From Octopus bimaculoides (Eukaryota), in NCBI RefSeq assembly GCF_001194135.2, contig NC_068981.1, positions 67,851,003-67,893,890 on the forward strand: DNA of 42,888 nt, given 5' to 3'. The notes below the pieces were generated by a model. It was not told the DNA's origin. It was given only the letters and a program-made list of their open reading frames with translations, and made no database searches. Made by a program: the position numbers and the translations under genes. Positions 13,150 to 24,042 of this stretch are shown one piece after another (position 1 is the stretch's first letter; each line of letters opens with the position of its first letter).

Positions 13150-15150
13150 CTGTTGACAGTTGAAACGAATATTGTTATTGGTGACTACCCTTATAAACTG
13201 AGATTGAGCTGGCATACAGTGTATGTGTACTGTGTTTACAGCTTACTTTATATAAGCGTAGGGCGCTTAGCAACTGCTAATGTTGTGCAGTTTACTCCGA
13301 ATGGATGGGATAGTATTCACAGTCCAAATTGTCGAAAGCAGGTAAAGAGTATTATGGGATATTCAACAGCGGCAACCGCTTAGATTTCAAAATGAAAAAT
13401 CTTGTTCACAGTATCTATTCTGCTCTCTTGTTTACTGTCCCCCAGTTGCTGACAAAACAGTCACGGGCGAGTGAACTATTTATACCACTTAGAAGAAAGT
13501 TGAATGCTGGAGTCTATTTTTGTGCAACACTTAGTGGTCCTACCGAATACTACCAAAGCCGACAGCGGAATGAAATGTTTCATGGAAAGTACAGATACAG
13601 CAAAACAGGAATCGGAAATGCTAACTCTTAGAAGTATATAAAAAATCTAATCGATAACGGCTCTGCCCCAGGCTTTAATAGATTCTGACTTTGCAATCAT
13701 CCCTCTAAGTATGTTTTCCCCGAAGCAATAAGATATTCTTTCTAATGCATTGAGCTCTTAGTAATGTTACGGCAATTAATCGGCTGATCGCTGAGAACGG
13801 ACTGCATATGTACGTGATCTTCGCTAAAAAAATATGACCATCAGAGAATCCGTACCCATAAGGAAAACAATGCTTGGATACTAGTTAAGTAAAACACCCA
13901 CATTATGGACATATGGTAATAGGCATAATTTGGGAATCACAGAACATGTATTAATGGGATTGGATCTTATATCGGAGTGGCAGTTTGTAAGCTGTAGATT
14001 CAGGTTAAAACAAAACAAACAAAATATGAATCGGTGCTTATTGTTCTTCCGTTTCAAAATATGAGGAGTGATGTCAGTACTATGATGTTATGGTCATAGA
14101 AAGGGAAGCTGGACATTGAAAGCTTAATGAGGCCATTTTTATTAATGCTCAGTAGATTCTCTGTAGGGTTCGATGATGAGTATCCTGTGTTCAATCAACG
14201 GACAATCTGACTCGTTAAATTAAGATATTAGTAGCGGTGTATTTCATAGACATGGAATATTAACACAGTTTTTAAGCCGGATCAGTGTGACATAACCTCT
14301 CTATTGTAGGTGAATTTCCCCAACGGGTTTACACATGGTGTTTCGTTTAATTCATTGACAAAAATTGGCTCAACATCTCAAATGATAGGATCGAAGTCGG
14401 TACCGCATGACCGAAAAGCTAATCATGCTTACATCCAGTTCGTAATGATCATCCTCCCAACAAGAAAAGACTCGTGTTCGGTTGTGCTTATTCGCTAGTA
14501 CAATACTACGCATGTCAGAGTGACAACATCTGTAGACTGGATCGAACAAGAGGCCGAGCGCCTTAAGAGAAACCTACAGCTAACGCACATAACGCTGGCC
14601 AGTTTGAGATTTTCCCTTCTAATTTGGGCTTGCAAGCTCCACATCAGATCTTCGCATTCTTTCAAATTACTTCGATTCTTTCATGTTCAATATCATGACG
14701 GTGACATAGTCCACATGCCGACATGGTCATTCCGCATTCTGGTTCAAGCACGGTATTTCTAAGTGTCTTTAGCCTTCACAGAAATTGTATTTTTTCCTTG
14801 TCAAACCAAGGACTGGTTGCCATTTCTCTATAGCATACCTTATTTTAGGACTACAAGTGTGCTGAAAACTAGTACAAGGTGATTTAGTTTTCTGCTACCT
14901 TCATAGCTGCCCATGCTACTTTGCAAAAAAAGCGGTTAATGGTTGCTACATATGTAATTGCTGCCTACTCTGCACTTTTCCCCTCTTCTGTTTTTCCAGT
15001 TCATTTGTCAGAAACCACCACTATTGGTGGTTGCTGTTTCCGTATGTCGAGCAACCTCGATTACGTTCTTCACCGAAGTTCAACTATGGATGAACTCGCA
15101 GTAACGTTAATGGTTTCGAGCATTTGAAGACCTTTGAGGACCATCAGATG
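13150..15150 (+). mobile_element. Highly decayed RTE-clade LINE (APE endonuclease + RT remnants)
   Basis: Collinear degenerate motifs across shifting frames: NIVIGDY (~13168; cf. IIGDFNA), LIDNGSAPGFNRF (~13645; cf. LKNGKAPGPDGI), DISSGVFH (~14224; cf. DILAGVLQG), IEQEAERL (~14541), NGCYI (~14938; cf. DGCYT), and GCCFR..EQP (~15028). Confidence 0.55.
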
Positions 15151-15423
15151 CATTTTATAGCTGTTAATTCCATTTTCAACATCTTACCGTACTATACCTC
15201 CACTGGCGAAGAGCCAACAATGTTTCTACTTGTAAAAGCCTTGCGGCAATGGTTCCGGCTCTTTATGATCTGAGTTCAAATTTGCTTAGGTAGTATTCTA
15301 TAACACTGTCTAAAAGCACCACTTTACACCTTATTTAGCTTCAATTGATTTTACTTTGTTGCAGGTAACAAGAACAAGACTCCCTCGGTCAAAGTATTAC
15401 TATAAAAAGCCGACAATATGAAT

Positions 15424-15535
15424 AATGAGGATGATGATGAGGATAATGACGACGACGATGACAACAACAACAACAACAACAACAACAGCAACAACAACAA
15501 CAACAACAACAATAATAATAATAAGAAGAAGAAGA
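15424..15535. repeat. Compound trinucleotide tract (GAT/GAC/AAC/AAT/AAG)n
   Basis: Directly visible; (AAC)n core at ~15463-15512. Confidence 0.95.
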
Positions 15536-15539
15536 ACAG

Positions 15540-15700
15540 TGAAAGCAAAATGGAATGAGACAGGACTCTTCGAAATAATTGAGCAATGGTTAGCTGACGT
15601 GAGAAGAGCAACAAGAGCAACACGAGCAAAAGGTTGGTTAACAGACATAGAAATAGAAGAGATAAAAAGGAAAGTAGAACATAGAAATAACACTTTACCA
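15540..15700 (+). mobile_element. Fragment of an R4/Dong-like non-LTR retrotransposon ORF (N-terminal motif)
   Basis: KWNETGLFEIIEQWLAD...GWLTDIEIEEIKRKVE resembles the WxxxGxFxxxEQRLADQ...WLSxxEIEEIKR motif I recall from R4/Dong-type ORFs. Family assignment is from memory, not a search. Confidence 0.5.
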
Positions 15701-15789
15701 TCAAATAACGTGCTCAGTGAGAACAAAAATGAATGGTGGTAGTGAAGATGTAATAGGAAGAGCTATATCACAAGAATACGATGATGACC

Positions 15790-16140
15790 AACAATACATG
15801 ATAAGGACGCTGTGCCAATAGTTTAGAGAAGACCAGGATCAAGTACCCCCACCAACCTAAGTTATATTGAAGTTCGTTCCGGACTTTCGAATCATTGATG
15901 GCAACCTGTACTCAGAATAGCTGGAGCGGATGTATGCTATTGTGCAGCAAAAGTATCCGACATAGGTTAACAGAAAACGAGCTCCTCTTGCAATCGTAAT
16001 GCTTTCCCAACCAAGATGAGGTGGAAGTTTCAGTGTAGTTCTCTCGCTTCAAAGTACAAGAACTGGTATCAGCGTCGGATCGAAGAACTGGCAGGAAGGT
16101 GGCTTCAGACGGTGCAACACGATGGCCTCAACTTTGAATG
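15790..16140 (+). mobile_element. Mariner transposase 3' fragment
   Basis: 16049-16138 translates as SKYKNWYQRRIEELAGRWLQTVQHDGLNFE, the mariner C-terminal WYxxGIxxLxxRWxxxIxxxGxYFE motif. A degenerate HDN-like motif lies at ~15799. Confidence 0.7.
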
Positions 16141-18420
16141 TTAGGATGCTTTACGAATATTGCAAATATACTGGGGTATTCTGTAAATACTAACTGCTGG
16201 TAAGGAATGTTTTGCCGTAAGCATTATTCTTAACCTTTGGAAATTTTGTTAAAAATGAACATTTTGTTAACCATGTATATCGTTGTGAAATTCAAACTTG
16301 CTTTGAAAACTTTCAAAGTGCACCTAATTCTTGTTGCAAGAGGGCAAACACTTCATGTGTTCCAGAAATTATAAACGATGAAGTTTATGATAGACATCTT
16401 GTGGATGTGCTGAATTCTTGAGAATTTTAATGAAGTTTATGGTTTACTTTTATTAACAAATATCCAGTTATGTCACACATGAAAAGTTATTTAGCTTTTC
16501 AAATATGAAACAAAAGCTGATAAAATTATGTATATATAATAGCAAGGTGGAAATGTTTCCCGCTCCTAAAGACAAGAAACGATTGAAGTTGGGTGTGGAA
16601 TCCAAAACAGAATTCGATGAGCTTAGAAAATCAATAACACAAATAAGAGATAAGTACCGAATCTTATGTTCAACTGCAATGTGAAGGGTCACTAATGCGT
16701 ATTTGTATAGTAGTTACATGGATATAATTTGTGTGGTTTAAAACATGATAAGAAAAAAAACAAAAAAAAACGATAGTTTGATGCTAGAGACCATAGATAA
16801 TATCAGTATCAGTTATCTGAACATATTGCTCTATGCTATTAACATAAACAAAACCTTGTTCAAAAGAAGCATATATATAATATTATTTAACTTTATGCAG
16901 CTAAGAAATATTTGGATTTCTCCTTGGTATAGATCAAACAATCTGCATAGATTTCTACATCGGTAAGCAACCCATTTATCTCCTTTATGTTCTCGAATTC
17001 ACTGTTTTCCAATTCTGCATAGTAAATTATTAAACATCCATCAACCACTGAAGCAGATCAGCGCTTTATCAGAACGTTTGGGGATATTATTAATTTTTAC
17101 TTGGAACGCAGCCATACAGTAAGAATGCCCACCGTATGCATGTGCTGTTTTGAATACAATTAGTCAATTATATAATATAAATTGATAAAATTACCATGTG
17201 TAATTTTCTTAGATATTAAATATAATTGATTTATCTTGTGTAAATGCTTATATATTAATTGATATCTCATATTCTACTCAAGGCAGCATATTGTATTTAG
17301 TTTCACAGTCCTGAATAATATTCAGTTACAACGTATGCTTGACATTTCATAAATATGTTATTATCAGTAATCACCACAAAAATTGATTAAAAGGCCGTGC
17401 TTTCATTTTAGCTGAATTTCGGAAAAAGATCTAATAAATTTTTAATGTGCTAAGAAAAGACTACTCATTTTCCATTTTTAAGTAGAAGTGTAATTAGATA
17501 TTAAAATAGATTTTAAAATAACGAGTATAATTTTACGAGATTACTGAATTTATGTTTGATATGAAAGGAGTAAACTGTAAATTATTAGCTTTGTAAAAAG
17601 TGGTATTAATACCAGTAGTTTAAAGACAGAAATCGAAAGGAAAGGAAAACTTGATGAAGTGAATACCTTTACTGAATAGAAACAGCAACAAAATTTAGAC
17701 GCAGGGAAATACATATTCGGGTGGATGGAACTCATTAATATTTAGTACAGAATGGTGAAGTTAAATAAAATGTATATTACAGGAAAATCAATGGTGGATA
17801 GAACGATTGGATTTAATAGAGGTGCTATTATAGCCACAAAAGCTACAGAGAATGTAGATTTTACAGTTGGACTAATCTGTATGTGTTTTCCCCCAACGAT
17901 CTTAACATAATTTTTAAGGATAAGAATATGGTGTTTGTAGTGACTTATATCTGCATATTTTGTATAATGGTAAGAGATTATGTCGTAAATTTCCATGTAT
18001 AATATATGTATAGTCTCCAGAAAATCAAAATGGAGATAACTGATGTGCCGCGTTGGCTTGCAGTGGAGCGTAATTTTTAGATGAAAACAGAGAAACACAC
18101 CAAGAGCGATTCCAGTAACTGAGGAACCCTATACAATTGATGCTCAGCTTGAATATCTTTAAACAGTGTTTTGCAGGGGGCATAAGAACAAGAAATTCAT
18201 TTACCATAAATCTCCCAAATGAGGAAATTATGGGAAATGTCTGAGGATGAGTGGTTCCGAAAGAACATTTTGGGTGCGGTGGGTGAGTTTACACAGGTGT
18301 GTATAACGTTCTACGTTTGGAAGTAGAAACCATTCCATTATAACTAGAATGGGTATAAAACATTGCACGAGAAAATTAGTAATGATAACAGAACTGCATG
18401 GTCGAGCACGTTGTCATAGC

Positions 18421-18655
18421 TGGAAAGCGATGTACGATTTATTTGAAGGTGGAAGCAGCAGCAGTAATATCAATTGCCGCTGCAACAGCTGCAGCAACTG
18501 CCGCAGCAACAGCAGCATCAACTGGAAAGCGTTGTACGATTTATTTGAAAGTGGAAGCAGCAACAACAGCATCAACTGCCGCAGCAACAAGAGCAGCAGC
18601 AGTAGTAGCATCAGCAGTAGTAGCAGTGGTAGTAGCAGCAGTAGCAGCAGCAGGG
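18421..18655. repeat. 102-bp tandem duplication grading into a (CAG/TAG)n trinucleotide tract
   Basis: TGGAAAGCG(A/T)TGTACGATTTATTTGAA(G/A)GTGGAAGCAGCA occurs at 18421 and 18523. Confidence 0.9.
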
Positions 18656-18696
18656 TTGTAAATATACAAACAATACACCAATATAAGCCAAGCCTT

Positions 18697-18812
18697 GTGA
18701 TCAAGCACTTCGCTTCACTGTCACGTGGTACCGGTTTGTACGCACTTTACTCGGACCTTAATGGATTCTACTACATGGGGTTGACCAAAGCACCGAGAGT
18801 AGAATTATGAAG
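18697..18812 (+). mobile_element. Degenerate SINE fragment (family C)
   Basis: GCTTCAC...CACGTGGTACCGGTTTG...TTCTACTAC...GACCAAAGC...GAGTAGAATT is collinear with a recalled octopus SINE consensus; strongly diverged. Confidence 0.4.
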
Positions 18813-19074
18813 CCATGTAGATTATCTTCTTCTAAGTACTATAATTTCTAAACATGAAACTTCACAAAACTGAACCTACATGGGTTTTCAAGCATTCAGG
18901 ACATATTCCCAATCCCGAATAAATGGAAATAACGGACATTGCTCACCGAAAGTTACTGTGTACTCAATTCTTCGCTAAAGCTAGTAATGGATTCAATTAG
19001 ATAGAATGAAGTACCTGCATCGATGTGACAACTTATATGACATACCTCACGTAAAATACAAAATACTTCAAATT

Positions 19075-19295
19075 TATTATATTAGTTTCAAACTTTGACT
19101 CAAAGACAGCAGATCTGGTGAAGGGGTTAGGTCGATTACATCGACCTCAGTGTATAACTGATACTTATGTTTCGACCCCAAAAGGATGAAAGGAAAATCT
19201 GAACTGGGCAGAATTAGAACTCAGAACGTATAGACAGACGAAATTACTTTAAGCATTTTGCATGAACTGCTAACCATTCTGCCAGCCCGCCCGCC
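19075..19295 (-). mobile_element. tRNA-SINE family A, minus-strand copy
   Basis: Reverse complement of the 7177 element: GTCGATTACATCGACC...CGACCCCAAAAGGATGAAAGG...GAACTCAGAACGTATAGACAGACGAAAT...TTCTGCCAGCCCGCC. Confidence 0.85.
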
Positions 19296-19320
19296 GTCCT
19301 TTTGATTCTAGTTATCTTAT

Positions 19321-19499
19321 CGCTACAGCATTTCACTCGTCTTCACGACTTGAGTTCAAATTTCTCCGAGTTCGTCTTTGCCATTCATCCTTTCGGAGTA
19401 TTTGAAATAAATACACGATGAGCACTGGGGTCGATGTAATCCACTTACCCATTCCTCGAAATTGCTGGACTTATGCTAAAATTTTAAATCAACATTATT
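19321..19499 (+). mobile_element. tRNA-SINE family A, 5'-truncated plus-strand copy
   Basis: TTGAGTTCAAATTTCTCCGAGTTCGTCTTTGCCATTCATCCTTTCGGAG...GAGCACTGGGGTCGATGTAATCCACTTACCC matches the 7177 element. Confidence 0.8.
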
Positions 19500-20406
19500 T
19501 GTACATCTAACGTTTAATAATACAATATGAATTATCATTGCTGTAGCCCTCTGGTTAGGAATATTTTATACACATATGATGGGAAATTGTTACATTTTTT
19601 TTTAGACATGCTTGATATTTAATTCACACGTCTACCACGCAAGAGATTATTTTGCAACTAATTTCTACCAGAACATCTTAATATTATTCATTTAATAGTT
19701 TATTGTTTAATCTTACATATCTAAAATATGCATCGTATAAATGAAATAAGAAACAGAATTTCTCATACTACTACATAAACATATGAATATAAAAACAGGA
19801 TCAGTTTTATACAACATCATGTGCATAGTAGTTTCGTATTAGATGTGTGTGCTAAAGTCTCTTTTATCATTGTTCTTTTAAGATATTTCATCTTTATCTA
19901 CACATATTCCGATAGTGAGTTGAACGTCTGGGACTTATAAGCTTTTTATGATATAAGCCAATATTTATAAAATGCAAGACATTTTCTTAAAATACCGACT
20001 GCGAATTAAGAAAGTAATGACGCTACAGAAGTATTTAATAAATCGCTCTTATTTTATGATCTACTTTTATTATAGAGAAAAATTGGAATCAATCCGTTCT
20101 TCCACGTTTTATAGAAGCAGTGCGTTTGTATAAATATATGTCGCTCAGCATGTTACTATCTGCAGTTTTCTTAGACTTAGGAATACAAAGGGCACAAAGA
20201 GATGTGTGTTTAGAAAAATGTGTTGTTGCATTTCATTGATCCCACGTTGCATGCAAAACGAAAGATGCTTGATTTTCGAAACGGATCAATAGTGCATATT
20301 GTTATCGATTTCTGTGCGCATCAGTAAGAATAAATGGATAATAAATGTTCTCAGAACAACAAAACGGAATAAATAAATAAATAGAAATAAACGATGACAG
20401 ACTTAC

Positions 20407-20451
20407 TTGATTAATCCAGCAGTTAGTTGTTATAATTTGATCCTTTTCATC
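20407..20451 (-). CDS. Internal 45-nt exon (exon-3 equivalent) of a nicotinic acetylcholine receptor / Cys-loop subunit; encodes DEKDQIITTNCWINQ
   Basis: Minus strand reads tttcgtcttttctttacttcag|GAT GAA AAG GAT CAA ATT ATA ACA ACT AAC TGC TGG ATT AAT CAA|gtaagt: strong polypyrimidine acceptor, consensus donor, phase 0-0, exactly 45 nt. The peptide matches nAChR exon 3 (alpha7 DEKNQVLTTNIWLQM, alpha4 DEKNQMMTTNVWVKQ), including the loop-D Trp. The subunit subtype cannot be assigned from 15 aa. Confidence 0.92.
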
Positions 20452-22279
20452 CTGAAGTAAAGAAAAGACGAAATATTTATAAAATGTTGTTTATACGGCA
20501 AAGTAAATATAAAATTAAGATCAATATTTTAGGGAATTATATGCAGTACGAATTGACGACTGAACAGTATAAAAGTAACTGAAGTCACTGAATAAAAATA
20601 GGAGCAGAATTATTAATAGAAAACGAAGTAATATAACAACAACAACAACTAAAATAAGAACAAGAACAACAGCATTAATAGTTTAGACTAATGGTATGGT
20701 ATGCAGGAGTTTAAGGACTAGATAAAATTATTTATTCGCCTTTTTTGCATGTAGAAGAATATTATAAATACATTTTTAATTTGTTTTCTTTTTCTCACCA
20801 AATTTCAGATGGTAGGTTACGTTGCTGCTGTGCTTTACGTATATTTCCATAGCTGAAAATTAGCTTGTTGGTCGACGTCGTCACGGTGTTGCTTCGTTTG
20901 AAGTTGAATCTAAATTTCGTTCCATACAATCTCCGTTTCTCATCTTCAGTGGAAGTCTTGCTTGCTCTCCCTGTCTCACTTCAGTGCCGCGTATTTTGTG
21001 TTTTTATCTAAGGTCGCAATTTGGATCAATGTTATCTTATGCAGGAATTTAAGAACTAGGTCAAATCATTTGTATATTTCATTTGCATGGAGAGTAAGAG
21101 TATAATAGGTTTTATAATTTTTCTCTTTTCCTCATGAAATTTCGGATGATGAGATATATTTCTATTTTGGTTTACCCATTTTTCAAACGTTGAGAACTTG
21201 CTTGCGTTTCGGCGATGAGAATGCCGAATTCCATCCCTGCCACCTGTACCGGAAATCTTGATAAAGATTGTGGCAAATATGATAAGGTAGTAACAGTAAC
21301 AGTGAAATTGGTAGTGGTAGTGGTAGTGCTAGTAAAATTAATTATAATATGAGATTGGTAAGAGTAGTGATGAGAGAAATTAATTTCGTTTTATTACAGA
21401 ACTGACTTCACAATTTGGGTATTCAGAACTTATTGAAAATTTCTAAAAACAAGATCGTGTGTAAGATAGTTCCGTATTCCCTGCAAATGCACAAAAACCG
21501 TGTTAAGGGCTACATACTTTGTATTGTCGTTATTGGATTAGTGAAACAACCGGGTACGTCAGCTAGTATATACATACACACACACACACACANNNNNNNN
21601 NNNNNNNNNNNNNNNNNNNNNNNNNNNNNNNNNNNNNNNNNNNNNNNNNNNNNNNNNNNNNNNNNNNNNNNNNNNNNNNNNNNNNNNNNNNNNNNNNNNN
21701 NNNNNNNNNNNNNNNNNNNNNNNNNNNNNNNNNNNNNNNNNNNNNNNNNNNNNNNNNNNNNNNNNNNNNNNNNNNNNNNNNNNNNNNNNNNNNNNNNNNN
21801 NNNNNNNNNNNNNNNNNNNNNNNNNNNNNNNNNNNNNNNNNNNNNNNNNNNNNNNNNNNNNNNNNNNNNNNNNNNNNNNNNNNNNNNNNNNNNNNNNNNN
21901 NNNNNNNNNNNNNNNNNNNNNNNNNNNNNNNNNNNNNNNNNNNNNNNNNNNNNNNNNNNNNNNNNNNNNNNNNNNNNNNNNNNNNNNNNNNNNNNNNNNN
22001 NNNNNNNNNNNNNNNNNNNNNNNNNNNNNNNNNNNNNNNNNNNNNNNNNNNNNNNNNNNNNNNNNNNNNNNNNNNNNNNNNNNNNNNNNNNNNNNNNNNN
22101 NNNNNNNNNNNNNNNNNNNNNNNNNNNNNNNNNNNNNNNNNNNNNNNNNNNNNNNNNNNNNNNNNNNNNNNNNNNNNNNNNNNNNNNNNNNNNNNNNNNN
22201 NNNNNNNNNNNNNNNNNNNNNNNNNNNNNNNNNNNNNTATATGTATATATATATCTACATATATGAGTGTGTGTGTGTG

Positions 22280-22430
22280 TTTCCGTCTCAACGGTTGACG
22301 GTCCATGTTTGTTTACGTTTGCGTAAACTAAGCAGTTTTCAAAAGTGACGATAGAATAGGTTCCATGTATGAAATACAAAGAAGAAGAAAAGATTAACTT
22401 AAACCTTCAAGGTCGTACTCCCTGTTATTC
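22280..22430 (+). mobile_element. SINE family B fragment
   Basis: GTTTGTTTACGTTTGCGTAAACTAAGCAG...GACGATAGAATAGG aligns by eye with 7905-7965. Confidence 0.45.
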
Positions 22431-22799
22431 GTAGACTTGCATAAAAAAAAATCGGCAACTTAACAGTCACAATGTTTCCACGAATAATAAAAAAAAAAAA
22501 CGAAACAAAAACGTGACTGCTGATGCATCACACTAATGCTCAAAACCATAGACAGGGAAGTGCAGGAATCCAATCGGAATTTAAGAAATAACACACACGG
22601 CAAATACATTGAATTCAAAATTTAAACATTATTTCTTTGAAGGCGCTAAAACGTCGAAAACGGATTTAGGAACTTTATTGTTCCAGCCCAACTGTGAAAC
22701 AGCTATTACGGAAAATTTGAAAAATCTACAATGCAAAAGACAAGGATTGAACCTAGTCGTGTGTCTAATGAAAGGAGGATGAAAATGAAGAACGTTTCT

Positions 22800-22908
22800 T
22801 ATATATATATACTTGAATATATATATATGCATATACATGTATATATAAACATATACATATATATGCTTGTGTGTGTTTATACATACACGGACACTTATAT
22901 ATATATAT

Positions 22909-22943
<35 letters not shown>

Positions 22944-22948
22944 CACAG

Positions 22949-23021
<73 letters not shown>

Positions 23022-23263
23022 TATATACATATGCACACACACATATATATACGTACACATTTGTATTTAAATATGTATATATGTGTACACACATATACGT
23101 ACAGGCATAAATGCATATATACAAATATGCGAACACATACTTACTCACAAACATATATAAAATGTTAAAATATATTATTAATATAATACAGTAAATTGCA
23201 AAATAACTCACAATTATAGCAATAGAAATATATCGAAGGAGATTGTATGATAAATGTGTGTGG

Positions 23264-23336
<73 letters not shown>
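22800..23336. repeat. Large (TA)n/(CA)n low-complexity region
   Basis: Directly visible. Confidence 0.95.
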
Positions 23337-23339
<3 letters not shown>

Positions 23340-23899
23340 TCACATGGAAACATATTTAATTGAAATATTATATTGCGCTAAACTTCACTCTCTGAATCAA
23401 CTGTGCTAATGCTCGAGGTTTTGATGGTATTTTAATAGAACATGAATAAATAAAATTAATTAATTCAATATTGTTGAATAATTAATCCTTTGTTGAATAC
23501 TTATAGCAATTGACACCACCTACGGAATGAAAAAGGCTCTTTGCAAAAATTCCTTAACTGTGAATTCTTGATAACTGCCAAAGGAAAGTTGTTGAGTTAT
23601 AGCATTTATTGACAGCATAATTAGTTATCTCACAAAAGAAGTTATATATAAAATTAAATTTTCCTCTAGCTATTGGGGAGTACATAAAAATGAAATGGAA
23701 AATATGTAGCTGAATAATTAAGTCAAAAATTAATTTCAAGTGTGTTATTTGTTACACATTCTACTTTTTATAACTCAGTGTTGCTTTTCTATTATTTGGA
23801 ATAGAAATAAATTGGATATTACCTCCGAAAATCAATGCCATCGATATGTTAACACCCTTGAATAATAATGACAATAATAATAGTCGTCCGTTTTTATAG

Positions 23900-24042
23900 A
23901 GAAGGGGCTTGTCGGTTACATCGACCCCATTGCGCAACAGGTACTTATTTTATCGAGCGGAATTTGAACTCAGAATGTAAAGACAAACGAAATAACGCTA
24001 AACAATTTTCCTGCGTGCTAACAATTGCGGTAGCTCACCTCC
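23900..24042 (-). mobile_element. tRNA-SINE family A, minus-strand copy with internal deletion
   Basis: GTCGGTTACATCGACCCCA...GGTACTTATTTTATCGA|GCGGAATTTGAACTCAGAATGTAAAGACAAACGAAATA; lacks the ~30-nt AAAGGATGAAAGG segment present in the other copies. Confidence 0.8.

Noticed and set aside
16555-16684. Short ORF MFPAPKDKKRLKLGVESKTEFDELRK...
   Set aside because: 43 aa, no recognisable family, no convincing splice sites.
18240-18275. CTGAGGA...CGAAA hammerhead-like spacing
   Set aside because: Stem II does not pair and there is no stem III.
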